Shown here: piece after piece, positions 38,819-47,741 of the stretch | Layout: each line of letters opens with the position of its first letter | Position numbering within the stretch: position 1 is the stretch's first letter | IMG/VR virus record: IMGVR_UViG_3300021440_000014 | Location: 96,001-160,000 of that record | From: a virus | DNA: 64,000 nucleotides | Reading direction: 5' to 3' (one strand) | The notes under the pieces: model-generated | What the model was told of the DNA's origin: nothing | What the model saw: only the letters and a program-made list of their open reading frames with translations | The model's database searches: none | Made by a program: the position numbers and the translations under genes

Positions 38819-39055
38819 TTATAATATTGAAAAACTTTTACCTATTAGGTAATCGACTGTTCTAAACCAAGCTTTTTTAGACAGTAAAGATTTTTTACCT
38901 TCGCAATACTCTAGCAAATGTAAAGGCACTAACTTCGGTTTACTACCATTTATTTCGTCTTTAAAAATTACAACAGTTTGAACTCTTTCAAATCCTAAAG
39001 ACGGAACATCAAGTATGTCTCCTTCTTTTAGTTTTTCTATGTAATAATTTTCCAT
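38819..39055 (-). CDS. hypothetical protein
   Basis: 78 aa from ATG at 39055. Confidence 0.6.
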   Translation of the reverse strand: MENYYIEKLKEGDILDVPSLGFERVQTVVIFKDEINGSKPKLVPLHLLEYCEGKKSLLSKKAWFRTVDYLIGKSFSIL

Positions 39056-39090
39056 AAAATATAATAGCCAAGTCACCCCACCTTGGCTTG

Positions 39091-39150
39091 GATACTTTTG
39101 CGCTAGGTTTTATAATGAACTCCATTTAAGGAATTCGGCTGGACGTATCT
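39091..39150 (-). ncRNA. Y-RNA-like module 1
   Basis: AGATAC-GTC-CAGC ... GTATC. Confidence 0.55.
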
Positions 39151-39173
39151 TTACCTAAAACCGAAAGGGGAAA

Positions 39174-39365
39174 TTAAAACGCTTTACTGTATTTTCCTAA
39201 TACATCTTTATCTTCTGCATTTGGCGCAGCTAAAAAATCCGCCAAATCTCTCAAAAATTCTATCAACTCTTGATTATTTTCTGGAACCTTTTCTACTGAG
39301 AGGCCCATCATCATTTTACCATCTACAGTAAGTTCTATTCTTTTCGCATTTAATATTTTGTCCAT
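39174..39365 (-). CDS. hypothetical protein
   Basis: 63-aa ORF. Confidence 0.6.
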   Translation of the reverse strand: MDKILNAKRIELTVDGKMMMGLSVEKVPENNQELIEFLRDLADFLAAPNAEDKDVLGKYSKAF

Positions 39366-39367
39366 AA

Positions 39368-39655
39368 TTAATTTTCATCCAACCACGCTTTAACTACTTC
39401 TAAATGACAAGGCAAAGGAGAGCAGAAACAACCTAGTTTCTTACCTTTATAAGTTTTAAGCAGGCTGATAAAATCTGCGTCTCTCAAGAGAAAATAAAAC
39501 CATTCTCTATATCTCTCGATAACTTCTTCTCTTGTTCCGTCTCTGCCTATTACGTAGGGATTTCCTAGTATAGAGCCGCGCCCGCCATACTTATCGCAAG
39601 ACTCATTCCTAACATTAACTACTTTAGTTATTTCCTCTGTGTCCATAATTTTCAA
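39368..39655 (-). CDS. DUF4326 family protein
   Basis: GRGSxxGNP, G.REEVIxxY, LGCFCxPxxCH. Confidence 0.85.
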   Translation of the reverse strand: MKIMDTEEITKVVNVRNESCDKYGGRGSILGNPYVIGRDGTREEVIERYREWFYFLLRDADFISLLKTYKGKKLGCFCSPLPCHLEVVKAWLDEN

Positions 39656-40049
39656 GATAATATCTCACAGAAGGCATAAGTTTTAGTTTTAATGCTTCTT
39701 CTTTAGTAAAGAGTTTCCAGTCTGATTGTTTATCTGGCTCCCTATTTTCGACATTAGAATAATGATATTTATTATACTTCATTTCAAATATAAAACTTTT
39801 AATTTTTTTATCTTCGAATATGAAACAGTCAATAAAATTAAACTTTGCTCCCCACGGCTCCATTCCGCTTTCTTCCATTACCTCTCTAAAAGCCGCCTCA
39901 GATGGAATTTCTCCTTTTTCCATTTTCCCACCGGGATCTTGCCAATATCCTTTAAACGGGTCGCCTTCCTCAATTCTCTCAGAGAGAAGGACTAGATCAT
40001 CAAACCACATTATACAATGGACGACCTTTTTGTAATCGTTAGGATTCAT
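39624..40049 (-). CDS. Nudix hydrolase
   Basis: GGKMEKGEIPSEAAFREVMEESG Nudix box. Confidence 0.9.
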   Translation of the reverse strand: MNPNDYKKVVHCIMWFDDLVLLSERIEEGDPFKGYWQDPGGKMEKGEIPSEAAFREVMEESGMEPWGAKFNFIDCFIFEDKKIKSFIFEMKYNKYHYSNVENREPDKQSDWKLFTKEEALKLKLMPSVRYYLENYGHRGNN

Positions 40050-40543
40050 TTTTGTTTAAAATTTTGCTTAATAAAATTGTCAAGAATCTTGTCTGAAATT
40101 TTCTGATATGTATTCTTCACCAAATCAAATACTAATTCTACAAAATCATGAGAGAAATTCCACAGCAAACTATATGGCCAAAAAATTATCCATCCTGTTA
40201 TCTCAGATTTAATCCTTCCGGGTTCGAATAAGTATCTTACTTCATTTAACTCGTCTAGATTTTTAATTCTATGCTTGGTTATTTCTTGTTTTACCCACGC
40301 TCTCCAACGCCAAATTGACCAAACGACACCAATGATAAAGTAAAGAAATCCAAATATCAGATAATTCTTAATGTAAGTGGGCTTAAAATATTCCAAATTC
40401 GAAAGTAATAAGACAAACCCCACTACTGACGGGAAAAGGAAATATTGTTTTTCTGCGGCGAAAAATGCTAAAATGCTAAAAAGCAAAAATAACAACCAAA
40501 AACTAAACGACCATAATTCAAATAATCCAAAAATGTAACTCAT
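40046..40543 (-). CDS. hypothetical membrane protein
   Basis: Several TM helices, WIIFWPYS. Confidence 0.75.
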   Translation of the reverse strand: MSYIFGLFELWSFSFWLLFLLFSILAFFAAEKQYFLFPSVVGFVLLLSNLEYFKPTYIKNYLIFGFLYFIIGVVWSIWRWRAWVKQEITKHRIKNLDELNEVRYLFEPGRIKSEITGWIIFWPYSLLWNFSHDFVELVFDLVKNTYQKISDKILDNFIKQNFKQK

Positions 40544-40545
40544 AT

Positions 40546-41187
40546 TTAAGATGATACTCTCTTTTTAAGATTTGTCAAACTCTCTCTCTTTCCTGTATTT
40601 TTTAGGACGGTCAAATATCCGACTTGCTGCAAGGAATTTAAGTATCCCACATATTCTAAATAACCATACATACTCCAAAACAATGCCGAAGCTTTCTTTG
40701 CGTAAGATACTTGATCTTTAGGTTCTCCAAGTCTATAAAAACACAAATACTTCTGACTTTCTGGCAGAAGAAAATTTAATACAAATGATGCGTCTTTCTC
40801 GCACATTTTTTTATAAAATTCTGTCATTTCGTCGTAAAATTTTCTATCTACTTCAGAGCATCCTTTAAGACGCTCTTCTTTTATTTCGTCGGGCTGTATT
40901 TTTTGCGCGGCTGAATCTAAATCTTCTTGCTGCTTTTCTGTTAGTTTTTCTTTCATGGTTGTTCTTGTTACGTTTATTTGTAAATCAGCTAATTTAATTT
41001 GACTATTTCCTTCAGAGTTAAATAAGTAAGCATAACTGCAAATCTCTGAAAGGGCGTCTATAGTACAATGAGCACAAACAAAGTCATGCTCCTTAAAACC
41101 CATCTTACTCCATAACTCATCAGATGTCCATAAGAATATATTGGCTCCGCGCTCTTCCCCACATTTTTTACAATGAAAATTATCCAT
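40546..41187 (-). CDS. hypothetical protein with N-terminal CxxC...CxxC
   Basis: 213 aa from ATG at 41187 (upstream start overlaps a tRNA). Confidence 0.7.
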   Translation of the reverse strand: MDNFHCKKCGEERGANIFLWTSDELWSKMGFKEHDFVCAHCTIDALSEICSYAYLFNSEGNSQIKLADLQINVTRTTMKEKLTEKQQEDLDSAAQKIQPDEIKEERLKGCSEVDRKFYDEMTEFYKKMCEKDASFVLNFLLPESQKYLCFYRLGEPKDQVSYAKKASALFWSMYGYLEYVGYLNSLQQVGYLTVLKNTGKRESLTNLKKRVSS

Positions 41188-41196
41188 AAAAATTAG

Positions 41197-41268
41197 TGCC
41201 TCCAATCAGACTCGCACTGATATATTACGACTTATGAGATCGTCCCATTAACATTATGGTATAGAGGC
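41197..41268 (-). tRNA. tRNA CAT (Ile2 or Met)
   Basis: Cloverleaf, loop CT-CAT-AA. Confidence 0.75.
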
Positions 41269-41276
41269 TTCTATAA

Positions 41277-41855
41277 TCAATTTGGGTTAGTATGATGATC
41301 GTTTAATTCCGGTATAGAGCAATTAATAGGTTTAGCATCCATAATTGTCTTTATTTCCTCAAAAGAGTAAGGCTCGAAACTGTTTCCATCGACACCAACA
41401 TCTAAAATTTTACCTAAAACCTTACCTTCCTTGCGGACTCCCGCCATTCCATAGTGGCTGTGTCCGCACAAGCACCATGCGGAATGATGTTTTTTGTTCC
41501 ATGTAACTTGAGCATAATGGTTTAAAGTTATGTCTTGATCGTTAATTTTAATCTCATGATATCCTTTATGGGCTGAATAAAACTTATGACGATTCCTCCA
41601 AGTCAATTTATCATGATTGCCTGAGACTAAAACAATCAAACCGTTCAGTCTTTGAAAGAACATGTCAAACTCCATATCGTTTCTTCCAAAGACAAAATCC
41701 CCCAAAAAATATGCTAAATCTTGTTTACCTACTTTTTTATTCCATCTTTCTATAATTGCTTCATTCATTTCTACAACATTCTTGAAGGGACGGTTAGAAT
41801 AGCGCAAAATGTTACTATGATTAAAATGGAAATCCGAACTGAAAAACACTTTCAT
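41277..41855 (-). CDS. calcineurin-like phosphoesterase
   Basis: SDxHFxH, GDF, GNHD, HY, GHSH. Confidence 0.9.
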   Translation of the reverse strand: MKVFFSSDFHFNHSNILRYSNRPFKNVVEMNEAIIERWNKKVGKQDLAYFLGDFVFGRNDMEFDMFFQRLNGLIVLVSGNHDKLTWRNRHKFYSAHKGYHEIKINDQDITLNHYAQVTWNKKHHSAWCLCGHSHYGMAGVRKEGKVLGKILDVGVDGNSFEPYSFEEIKTIMDAKPINCSIPELNDHHTNPN

Positions 41856-41903
41856 ATATATAATTCCATCTTAACATATTTTTATTTTCTGTCAAAGAAA
41901 ATC

Positions 41904-42073
41904 AAGATACTTTCAATTTATACGGTATTTTATTCCTCCGCTCTATTTTTATGTCTTCACGACTCGCTATGACAGACGTTTTTATAGCGGGCATCGCCGC
42001 TCCCTTTTATCAGGTTTTGTTCGCCTTATTTGGCTTCATGTGTTAATTATGTTATTGCTGCTGTAAGTATCTT
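41904..42073 (-). ncRNA. Y-RNA-like module 2 (170 nt)
   Basis: AAGATACTT-A-CAGC ... AAGTATCTT; GTGTAA motif 8 nt upstream. Confidence 0.65.
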
Positions 42074-42093
42074 ACTCTTAATTACACTAAAAC

Positions 42094-42192
42094 TAGAAGC
42101 TGATTTACAGTTTACTCTGGGCACTTTTTGTGTGATTACCGTCACGATGAAGCCGGATTACCGGCGTTTATTTTTTTTGCTGTAAGCTTCTA
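42094..42192 (-). ncRNA. Y-RNA-like module 3
   Basis: TAGAAGC-TTA-CAGCAA ... GCTTCTA; two GGTAATC-containing hairpins. Confidence 0.7.
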
Positions 42193-42198
42193 AAAATC

Positions 42199-42273
42199 TG
42201 GAAGCACGTATCAGAATTGCACTGATCTATTCGATTTTGCAGATCGACGCCTAATCTACTCGGCCAACGCGCT
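42199..42273 (-). tRNA. tRNA-Cys(GCA)
   Basis: Cloverleaf, CT-GCA-AA, TCCA end. Confidence 0.85.
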
Positions 42274-42378
42274 ATTAAATTGGTGACTAATAAATCATTA
42301 TAGCTGCTACCACACCCCAATATTAAAGTGTTTTTGCCTTATTTAAAGTGTCCTACACTCACTATAACTTACTTAAGT

Positions 42379-42452
42379 TGGTATCCCTTGACGGTTTTGC
42401 GCCGTCGTCTCGGACTTGAGAGGCCCGCGATTTACTATTAATCTAAAGGGAC
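42379..42452 (-). tRNA. tRNA-Glu(CTC)
   Basis: Cloverleaf, CT-CTC-AA, ACCA. Confidence 0.85.
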
Positions 42453-42461
42453 ATTAAAATG

Positions 42462-42815
42462 TCAATTTTCCCAAAATTTGTTTTCGTAATTTTCCATCTC
42501 TTTTCTCCAATTCTGTTCGATTATAGCCATTTTATCGTCTAACTCTTTATTTCTTTTAACTATAATTTCAGGAGTTAGAGTTTTTGCGAATTTTACTGTT
42601 TCATTAAAATCTAAACTTAGATAAGGATGCATTGCATCACTAAGTCTAGGATCTCCTGTAAAGAAAATTCCACTTCTAAAGAGTGCCCATTTGTCTTTCT
42701 CTTTGAATTTATACTCTATACAGTAATATTTTGCATTGTAATGACTTACTCTTACTCTAAATTTATCTTGTATATTCTCTGGCTTTGCTTTGAATTTTTT
42801 AAAAAATTTGAACAT
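42462..42815 (-). CDS. hypothetical protein
   Basis: 117-aa ORF between tRNAs. Confidence 0.7.
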   Translation of the reverse strand: MFKFFKKFKAKPENIQDKFRVRVSHYNAKYYCIEYKFKEKDKWALFRSGIFFTGDPRLSDAMHPYLSLDFNETVKFAKTLTPEIIVKRNKELDDKMAIIEQNWRKEMENYENKFWEN

Positions 42816-42818
42816 AAA

Positions 42819-42893
42819 TGGTCAGGTGGGTCGGTTACGCTCCGACTCAATTTCATTCACAGTGAAAGAGGCTACTATTACATCACGCACTTG
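42819..42893 (-). tRNA. tRNA-His(GTG), irregular acceptor stem
   Basis: TTTCA-CTGTGAA-TGAAA arm, T arm, ACCA. Confidence 0.7.
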
Positions 42894-42896
42894 TTT

Positions 42897-43271
42897 TTAA
42901 TTATAAAACTCTACTTCAACCCCAAGCTTCTTAAAATTGTTCTTAATGGCTTTTTCTTTTTGTTCATCTGAGGTATTCTCGTTATCATTAATTTCCATTA
43001 AACGATTTGCAATTTTCGAATTTCCATTTAGACTGCACAGTTCAGGAAGCATATAAGCTTCGTTCTCTTTAACTAGGTCCGAAGGCTCGTATTTATTTTC
43101 AATATATTTTTTATTAATTCCTCGCGCCAATGAGTAAAACCCAAGGCAGCATTTCATACCTTTGCAGTCCAACAGTTCCGCTTCATAGCTAAAATCAGTA
43201 TGCTTACCTTTTTGGAAGCGCATCCACTCTTTACGGTTAATTCTAAATTTCTTAATTGGAGATTTTTTCAT
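42897..43271 (-). CDS. hypothetical protein
   Basis: 124 aa from ATG at 43271; CCLG, LMxIND. Confidence 0.65.
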   Translation of the reverse strand: MKKSPIKKFRINRKEWMRFQKGKHTDFSYEAELLDCKGMKCCLGFYSLARGINKKYIENKYEPSDLVKENEAYMLPELCSLNGNSKIANRLMEINDNENTSDEQKEKAIKNNFKKLGVEVEFYN

Positions 43272-43302
43272 ATAGTAGAGATTAACACATTTTTGAAGAA
43301 TG

Positions 43303-43560
43303 TCAATTCGATTCTCTATAGGGCGCAAACTGTAATTTGTTAGATTCAAATTTTAAATAATTAGAGTATTTTGAAATACCCAAATCAACAGTAACAGAAT
43401 TAAAAGTATTGGCAGTTTCTTTACTTTCTAAAACTTCCATTCTTTTTTCCATTTCCCTAATTAAAGCCTTATTTATCCAATTCATTTCTATTAAAATGTA
43501 GGTAGAAGAAGCAAAAACTAATAAAGCCATTAAACTTAATGAAGTTTCGTATTTTATCAT
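43303..43560 (-). CDS. hypothetical membrane-anchored protein
   Basis: 85 aa, upstream promoter. Confidence 0.6.
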   Translation of the reverse strand: MIKYETSLSLMALLVFASSTYILIEMNWINKALIREMEKRMEVLESKETANTFNSVTVDLGISKYSNYLKFESNKLQFAPYRESN

Positions 43561-43600
43561 ATTGACATTATCTATATTTTATCCATAAAGTCAATAAAAA

Positions 43601-43620
43601 ACGGCAGATTTCTCTGCCGT
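43601..43620 (-). terminator. intrinsic terminator
   Basis: ACGGCAGA/TCTGCCGT + T-run. Confidence 0.65.
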
Positions 43621-43644
43621 TCGCTAATATAATTGAATTTGCTA

Positions 43645-44313
43645 TTATCTAAATTTATAATCTACATTAATCGCAATATAATTATTTTTGCCTGTTACGT
43701 TTTGCGGCGTATTGTAATTAATAAATGGAGAATCACTATATCCAGTATAAGAAATAAATCTCATTCTTGGCGAAGCGGCAGTGTTTAAATGAGAGCCGGA
43801 ATGTAGAATTTTAGTTCCTATCTCGAAAAAGAGAGAATCTCCATCATTCGCCATTCCTGTTCCTACAATCCCATTAAAGTATTGTAGTCTATAGCCCTGA
43901 GAATCATATTTTGAAAAATGAGAGGTATCACTCTGATCGCCAGAATACAAAACTTTTCTTAAATTTCCGCTCTGGTCGCAAACTTTAATAACTAAAGAAT
44001 TACAGTGCCCGCTATTTATACCTGTTGGGCCTTTTGGAATGAAATATCCAGTAAAAATACCAGAATTCAAAAATTGAGAGCCGCTAAATACTTTATTGTA
44101 TTTAAATACTGATGCAATTATCCTTTTATTAATGTCCTGCCCTGTATTTACAGGATGAAAAATTAACCTCTCAACTCCCGTTGTCGTCGATGGACTTGAA
44201 TAGCAATCGTATTTTAAGTTTGCTCCACCTGTGTAATACCAAAAGCTGTTTGGCGCAGAATAATTTTCATTTCCGCTTATTAGATTTTCGGAAAAATATA
44301 TTTTAGTGCTCAT
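43645..44313 (-). CDS. hypothetical (possibly virion) protein
   Basis: 222 aa, Gly/Ser/Thr-rich, GTGTAT motif upstream. Confidence 0.7.
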   Translation of the reverse strand: MSTKIYFSENLISGNENYSAPNSFWYYTGGANLKYDCYSSPSTTTGVERLIFHPVNTGQDINKRIIASVFKYNKVFSGSQFLNSGIFTGYFIPKGPTGINSGHCNSLVIKVCDQSGNLRKVLYSGDQSDTSHFSKYDSQGYRLQYFNGIVGTGMANDGDSLFFEIGTKILHSGSHLNTAASPRMRFISYTGYSDSPFINYNTPQNVTGKNNYIAINVDYKFR

Positions 44314-44359
44314 ATCACTAATTAATACACTAACTCTTGAGTTTTATTCGTTTTTTTAA

Positions 44360-44434
44360 TGGCAGGCATGAAAGGACTTGCACCTTTTTATAATCGCTTC
44401 AGAGGCGATCCGATAACTATTCTCGCACATGCCA
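44360..44434 (-). tRNA. tRNA-Gln(CTG)
   Basis: ATCGC-CTCTGAA-GCGAT, GCCA. Confidence 0.8.
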
Positions 44435-44435
44435 A

Positions 44436-44687
44436 TCAAAAATTCTTCAAATAAGGTTTAATATGTTTTGGTGTTTTCTGGTTTATTAATTTAGGATTCG
44501 TTTCCAAAATTAACTTTTGCCCACTTTTAGTTTTCTTGAGCTTTTTAAGAATTACTTCTGCTGTTAAATCGCACCCATCAATATGGATTTTACTTCCCTT
44601 TCTGTCGCTCGGATCTAATAACTGCATTGTTCGGGCGGCTCTATACAATTGATTCATCGCCCAATTTAGTAATTCTTCGTCATTCAT
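44436..44687 (-). CDS. hypothetical protein
   Basis: 83-aa ORF. Confidence 0.6.
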   Translation of the reverse strand: MNDEELLNWAMNQLYRAARTMQLLDPSDRKGSKIHIDGCDLTAEVILKKLKKTKSGQKLILETNPKLINQKTPKHIKPYLKNF

Positions 44688-44704
44688 AATTCACCTCAAT
44701 ATAT

Positions 44705-44905
44705 TTAACACCAATCCGTTTTCCCTGTCAGCATATCCTTTAGTCTTTTCGCTGACTCTGCCGCGTCTTCTCTGGTTGGAATCCTTAGTCCAGCAAAGAT
44801 ACTTCCCTCTGGAAATGGCGTTAATCCTTCGTAAGGATTTTCTTCTGGAATATGAATCGGCTCCTTAGTAACCGAATCAATAAGTATTGTCTTATGTGTT
44901 TTCAT
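44705..44905 (-). CDS. hypothetical protein
   Basis: 66-aa ORF. Confidence 0.6.
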   Translation of the reverse strand: MKTHKTILIDSVTKEPIHIPEENPYEGLTPFPEGSIFAGLRIPTREDAAESAKRLKDMLTGKTDWC

Positions 44906-45134
44906 TTTTACTCTCTATTTTAACGCATTCGTATTTGTCTGTTAGTAAGCTAGTTATATTTGAAATTAACTCTGAGCGAACAACCCATTCATCAATTTCA
45001 ATTCCGCTAGGTGGGTTTTTTATAAAGTCTGCCTCAACAATCTGCGCAGCCTCAATAACAGAATCCGCCAAGATTCTATAATTCATTCTCTCTATCTTGC
45101 TTATATCTTTAGAACATATTTTATCTGTTTCCAC
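44892..45134 (-). CDS. hypothetical protein
   Basis: 80-aa ORF, start uncertain. Confidence 0.55.
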   Translation of the reverse strand: METDKICSKDISKIERMNYRILADSVIEAAQIVEADFIKNPPSGIEIDEWVVRSELISNITSLLTDKYECVKIESKNENT

Positions 45135-45179
45135 GATATATAACCCAAAACTTTTGCTATATTTATATTCTTTCGTAAA

Positions 45180-45668
45180 TCAAATACTATAATCTTCTCC
45201 TTTAAATTGGTAATCTTTAATAAACTCAACCACTGAAGGTTCCAGTTCTACTCTATGACATATAGGATAAGAATACTCTATATTATGAGATTTTACCCCA
45301 TTGAATACTAATTTTTTTCCCTTGTCATTAGTTTTCATGTATCTATAGATTTCGTTTATCCATCTTTTACATCTTTCGACTTTATCAGAAGAATTCGCAA
45401 ACTGAATCCAATTTTCCCCATGATTTACTCCATAACCCTCGGAAAGGCATTCAAACACTCCTTGTAAATACGCGATTTTCTTTTCAATCGTATCGAAAAA
45501 CTCTTCTTTGAGTTTACCAGTTATACGTCCTGCCGTAAATCCTTCTCGGCCCGGTGGACTCCAATTAAATATATCGTAGTAATCTGGCTTTTCTTTACTG
45601 TTATCATGGAAAGGAGTATCGTAAAAATCTCCCGCCTGAGCCGCTGATTTGATTGCTTTGACATTCAT
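45180..45668 (-). CDS. hypothetical protein
   Basis: 162-aa ORF. Confidence 0.7.
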   Translation of the reverse strand: MNVKAIKSAAQAGDFYDTPFHDNSKEKPDYYDIFNWSPPGREGFTAGRITGKLKEEFFDTIEKKIAYLQGVFECLSEGYGVNHGENWIQFANSSDKVERCKRWINEIYRYMKTNDKGKKLVFNGVKSHNIEYSYPICHRVELEPSVVEFIKDYQFKGEDYSI

Positions 45669-45687
45669 AAATTAGAAACACCCAACC

Positions 45688-45867
45688 TTAATCACGTTTA
45701 ATAAGGTAGTCAGTCATTTCTGCTTCGGTGGTGCGGCTGTTAGAGTCCCGTCCGGGGTAGTTGTTAAACTTAGTCTTCATTCTAAATATATCATATTGAA
45801 GAAAGCCAATTATTAGCCACATTATGATTAATAAAATTACTAATACTTTAAATTTTAGATCTTTCAT
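45688..45867 (-). CDS. small membrane protein (59 aa, not in ORF track)
   Basis: MKDLKFKVLVILLIIMWLIIGFLQY... read by hand. Confidence 0.5.
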   Translation of the reverse strand: MKDLKFKVLVILLIIMWLIIGFLQYDIFRMKTKFNNYPGRDSNSRTTEAEMTDYLIKRD

Positions 45868-45913
45868 GTTAAATTAATTACCAAACATTCGTCGCCGCAT
45901 ATTTTCTATATTG

Positions 45914-46129
45914 TTATTCAAGCGGTTGCGGTTTCTCGCATTCTTGTCCACCCTCAACAGGGGATTGTTTGGTAAAATTACTTTTTATTGCCTCCTCCCA
46001 AAAACAACAATAAAATTTATTTAAATCCTTTTTAAAAGGATCTCTATGGTTAATTATTCCCATGTCACATGCGTTTGTTCCGTTTTTGAAATAAACCCTA
46101 AACTTGCAATTAGTGCAATTCTTGTCCAT
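45914..46129 (-). CDS. hypothetical Cys-rich protein
   Basis: 71 aa, CxxC. Confidence 0.55.
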   Translation of the reverse strand: MDKNCTNCKFRVYFKNGTNACDMGIINHRDPFKKDLNKFYCCFWEEAIKSNFTKQSPVEGGQECEKPQPLE

Positions 46130-46170
46130 TAATTTAATATAGATTATATTTTATATATGTCAAGTTAAAT

Positions 46171-46251
46171 TGGCCCCGGCGATAGGATTTTCACCTACAT
46201 TTTCAGATAATTACGATTAAAACCTTCAAAGGGTTCCTCGTCTACACCGGA
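46171..46251 (-). tRNA. non-canonical D-armless tRNA-Gln(TTG)
   Basis: TCCGGTG/CGCCGGG-GCCA, loop CT-TTG-AA, no D arm. Confidence 0.65.
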
Positions 46252-46320
46252 TTTGATCATTCGCCCTGCTCACACACGTAAACTTACAAACTGGCAATAC
46301 AGCTTAGGGCTACTAAAATG

Positions 46321-46392
46321 TGGGTTAGTTCGGTACTGCCCCGAACTCTCTCAGCTTAAGAGGCTGGACTTCGCTTTCAAAGTTTCTAACCC
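46321..46392 (-). tRNA. tRNA-Lys(CTT)
   Basis: GGGTTAG/CTAACCC, CT-CTT-AA. Confidence 0.8.
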
Positions 46393-46424
46393 ATGAAAAA
46401 ATTAGTGAGAGGAATTGAAAAATC

Positions 46425-46475
46425 AAGATGCTATTCCGCCCCCTCTCAGGGATTTTTATTAACTGTAGGCGTCTT
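46425..46475 (-). ncRNA. Y-RNA-like module 4
   Basis: AAGACGC-CTA-CAGT ... GCATCTT (one mismatch). Confidence 0.5.
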
Positions 46476-46480
46476 TAAAG

Positions 46481-46561
46481 TGGTGGGCAAGGAGGGATTT
46501 GAACCCTCATTTTATTCCAATTATGCACCCATCGCTTAGAAGGCGCGGCCATTACAAGCCC
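46481..46561 (-). tRNA. non-canonical D-armless tRNA-Arg(TCT)
   Basis: CT-TCT-AA loop, canonical T arm, ACCA, no D arm. Confidence 0.65.
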
Positions 46562-46616
46562 AAAATTATGTAACTCATTTACTATGTCTTCTTTTTCTAA
46601 AATGTCAAATTCTAAA

Positions 46617-46838
46617 AACTAGAACCAATTCTAGGTCAGCCCTGCGCTATGGGTGCCTTGTATTGCAATACCGCTTAGTTCCCCATAGACTACTTATTAA
46701 AAAATAAGTAATACGGGCATTCCGCCCGCCATCGGATTCTCGCACCGACCCAATCGATTTTCAACCATAATTTTCAGTCTTTCGGCTTTCGCTTCCTGAT
46801 CCGTTGTGGTCTGGTCTACTCCTTTTTTGATTCTAGTT
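46617..46838 (-). ncRNA. putative structured ncRNA (~220 nt)
   Basis: AACTAGAA/TTCTAGTT closing stem, GNRA-type hairpins, no ORF. Confidence 0.5.
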
Positions 46839-46843
46839 AAAAT

Positions 46844-46919
46844 TGGTGCTGCCGAAAGGAATCTCACCTTCAGTCTTCTCCTTCGTAGGGAGTGGCTTTA
46901 ATAATTTAGCTACGACAGC
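46844..46919 (-). tRNA. tRNA-Arg(ACG)
   Basis: Cloverleaf, CT-ACG-AA, ACCA. Confidence 0.85.
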
Positions 46920-46934
46920 ATTAAATAGTTTTCT

Positions 46935-47027
46935 GAGGATTTCACAAGGCGATATCCAACGGGGTTCTACCGTCTTTTAAGCTCGCTCAGTTCCCCTTTT
47001 TCCTGCGGTAATTAAGGAGTCTATCTC
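46935..47027 (-). ncRNA. AUAGAC...GUGAAAUC motif RNA, copy 1
   Basis: GAG-ATAGACT...GGAAC...GTGAAATC-CTC. Confidence 0.55.
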
Positions 47028-47053
47028 ATTCCACTAGGTTAACCGAAATTTTA

Positions 47054-47257
47054 TTATTGACTTATCATCCAATCTGGTATTGAATCTTCATTTGTCATTA
47101 GCCAAGCAAAATCCTCTTCAAAAGAGTATAGGTAATTTTGATTTAATGTCCTGTGCTTGGCTCTAAAAACTGTTCTTCCTTTATGTAAAAACGGCTTACC
47201 TCTAAACTCAAGACAGAGGAACCTTTGTTTTATTTCCTCTGAGATGTTATTGTTCAT
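47054..47257 (-). CDS. hypothetical protein
   Basis: 67 aa from ATG at 47257. Confidence 0.6.
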   Translation of the reverse strand: MNNNISEEIKQRFLCLEFRGKPFLHKGRTVFRAKHRTLNQNYLYSFEEDFAWLMTNEDSIPDWMISQ

Positions 47258-47267
47258 AAATTTAAAT

Positions 47268-47347
47268 TGGTGCATCTGATAGGATTTGAACCTACATTAT
47301 TCCAATTATACGCTAAACTCTTTAGGAAAGAGTGCTATTACAGATGC
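47268..47347 (-). tRNA. non-canonical D-armless tRNA-Arg(CCT)
   Basis: GCATCTG/CAGATGC-ACCA, ACTCT-TTCCTAA-AGAGT, no D arm. Confidence 0.7.
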
Positions 47348-47351
47348 ATTT

Positions 47352-47428
47352 TGGTTCGGGATACACAGCCTTTCACTGTTGCACAACGTAGTCATGAGCT
47401 ACGGCGTCTATACTTGCGCCAATCCCAA
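47352..47428 (-). tRNA. tRNA CAT (Met-type), irregular T arm
   Basis: CGTAG-CTCATGA-CTACG, ACCA. Confidence 0.7.
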
Positions 47429-47429
47429 A

Positions 47430-47741
47430 TTATTTTAAACTATTATGCAAAGATTTTTCTACCCATTTAGGAGAAGCATCTAATACGTCTTGTATTTCGC
47501 TTTTCACTAAGAGTTCATCTTTTATATCCTCGCTCCACATTTTGATAGTTAGATTAACTAAACTTTTGCCCCATATAGCCCTTTGAACTGTTATAGGATC
47601 TTTGCAGGTAACTTCTTTTACTACAGACCTACCGTAAGTATCATAAAGATAATAACATTCTTTTGGATCAAGTCCATTAGAATCTAACTTAAAGTAACAC
47701 ATGCATAGATAATGTCTTACTTCTTTCTCTGTATATTTCAT
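47430..47741 (-). CDS. hypothetical protein
   Basis: 103-aa ORF. Confidence 0.7.
   Translation of the reverse strand: MKYTEKEVRHYLCMCYFKLDSNGLDPKECYYLYDTYGRSVVKEVTCKDPITVQRAIWGKSLVNLTIKMWSEDIKDELLVKSEIQDVLDASPKWVEKSLHNSLK

Noticed and set aside
45675-45785. GC-richer stretch as an ncRNA
   Set aside because: Explained by the 3' half of a 59-aa ORF (45688..45867).
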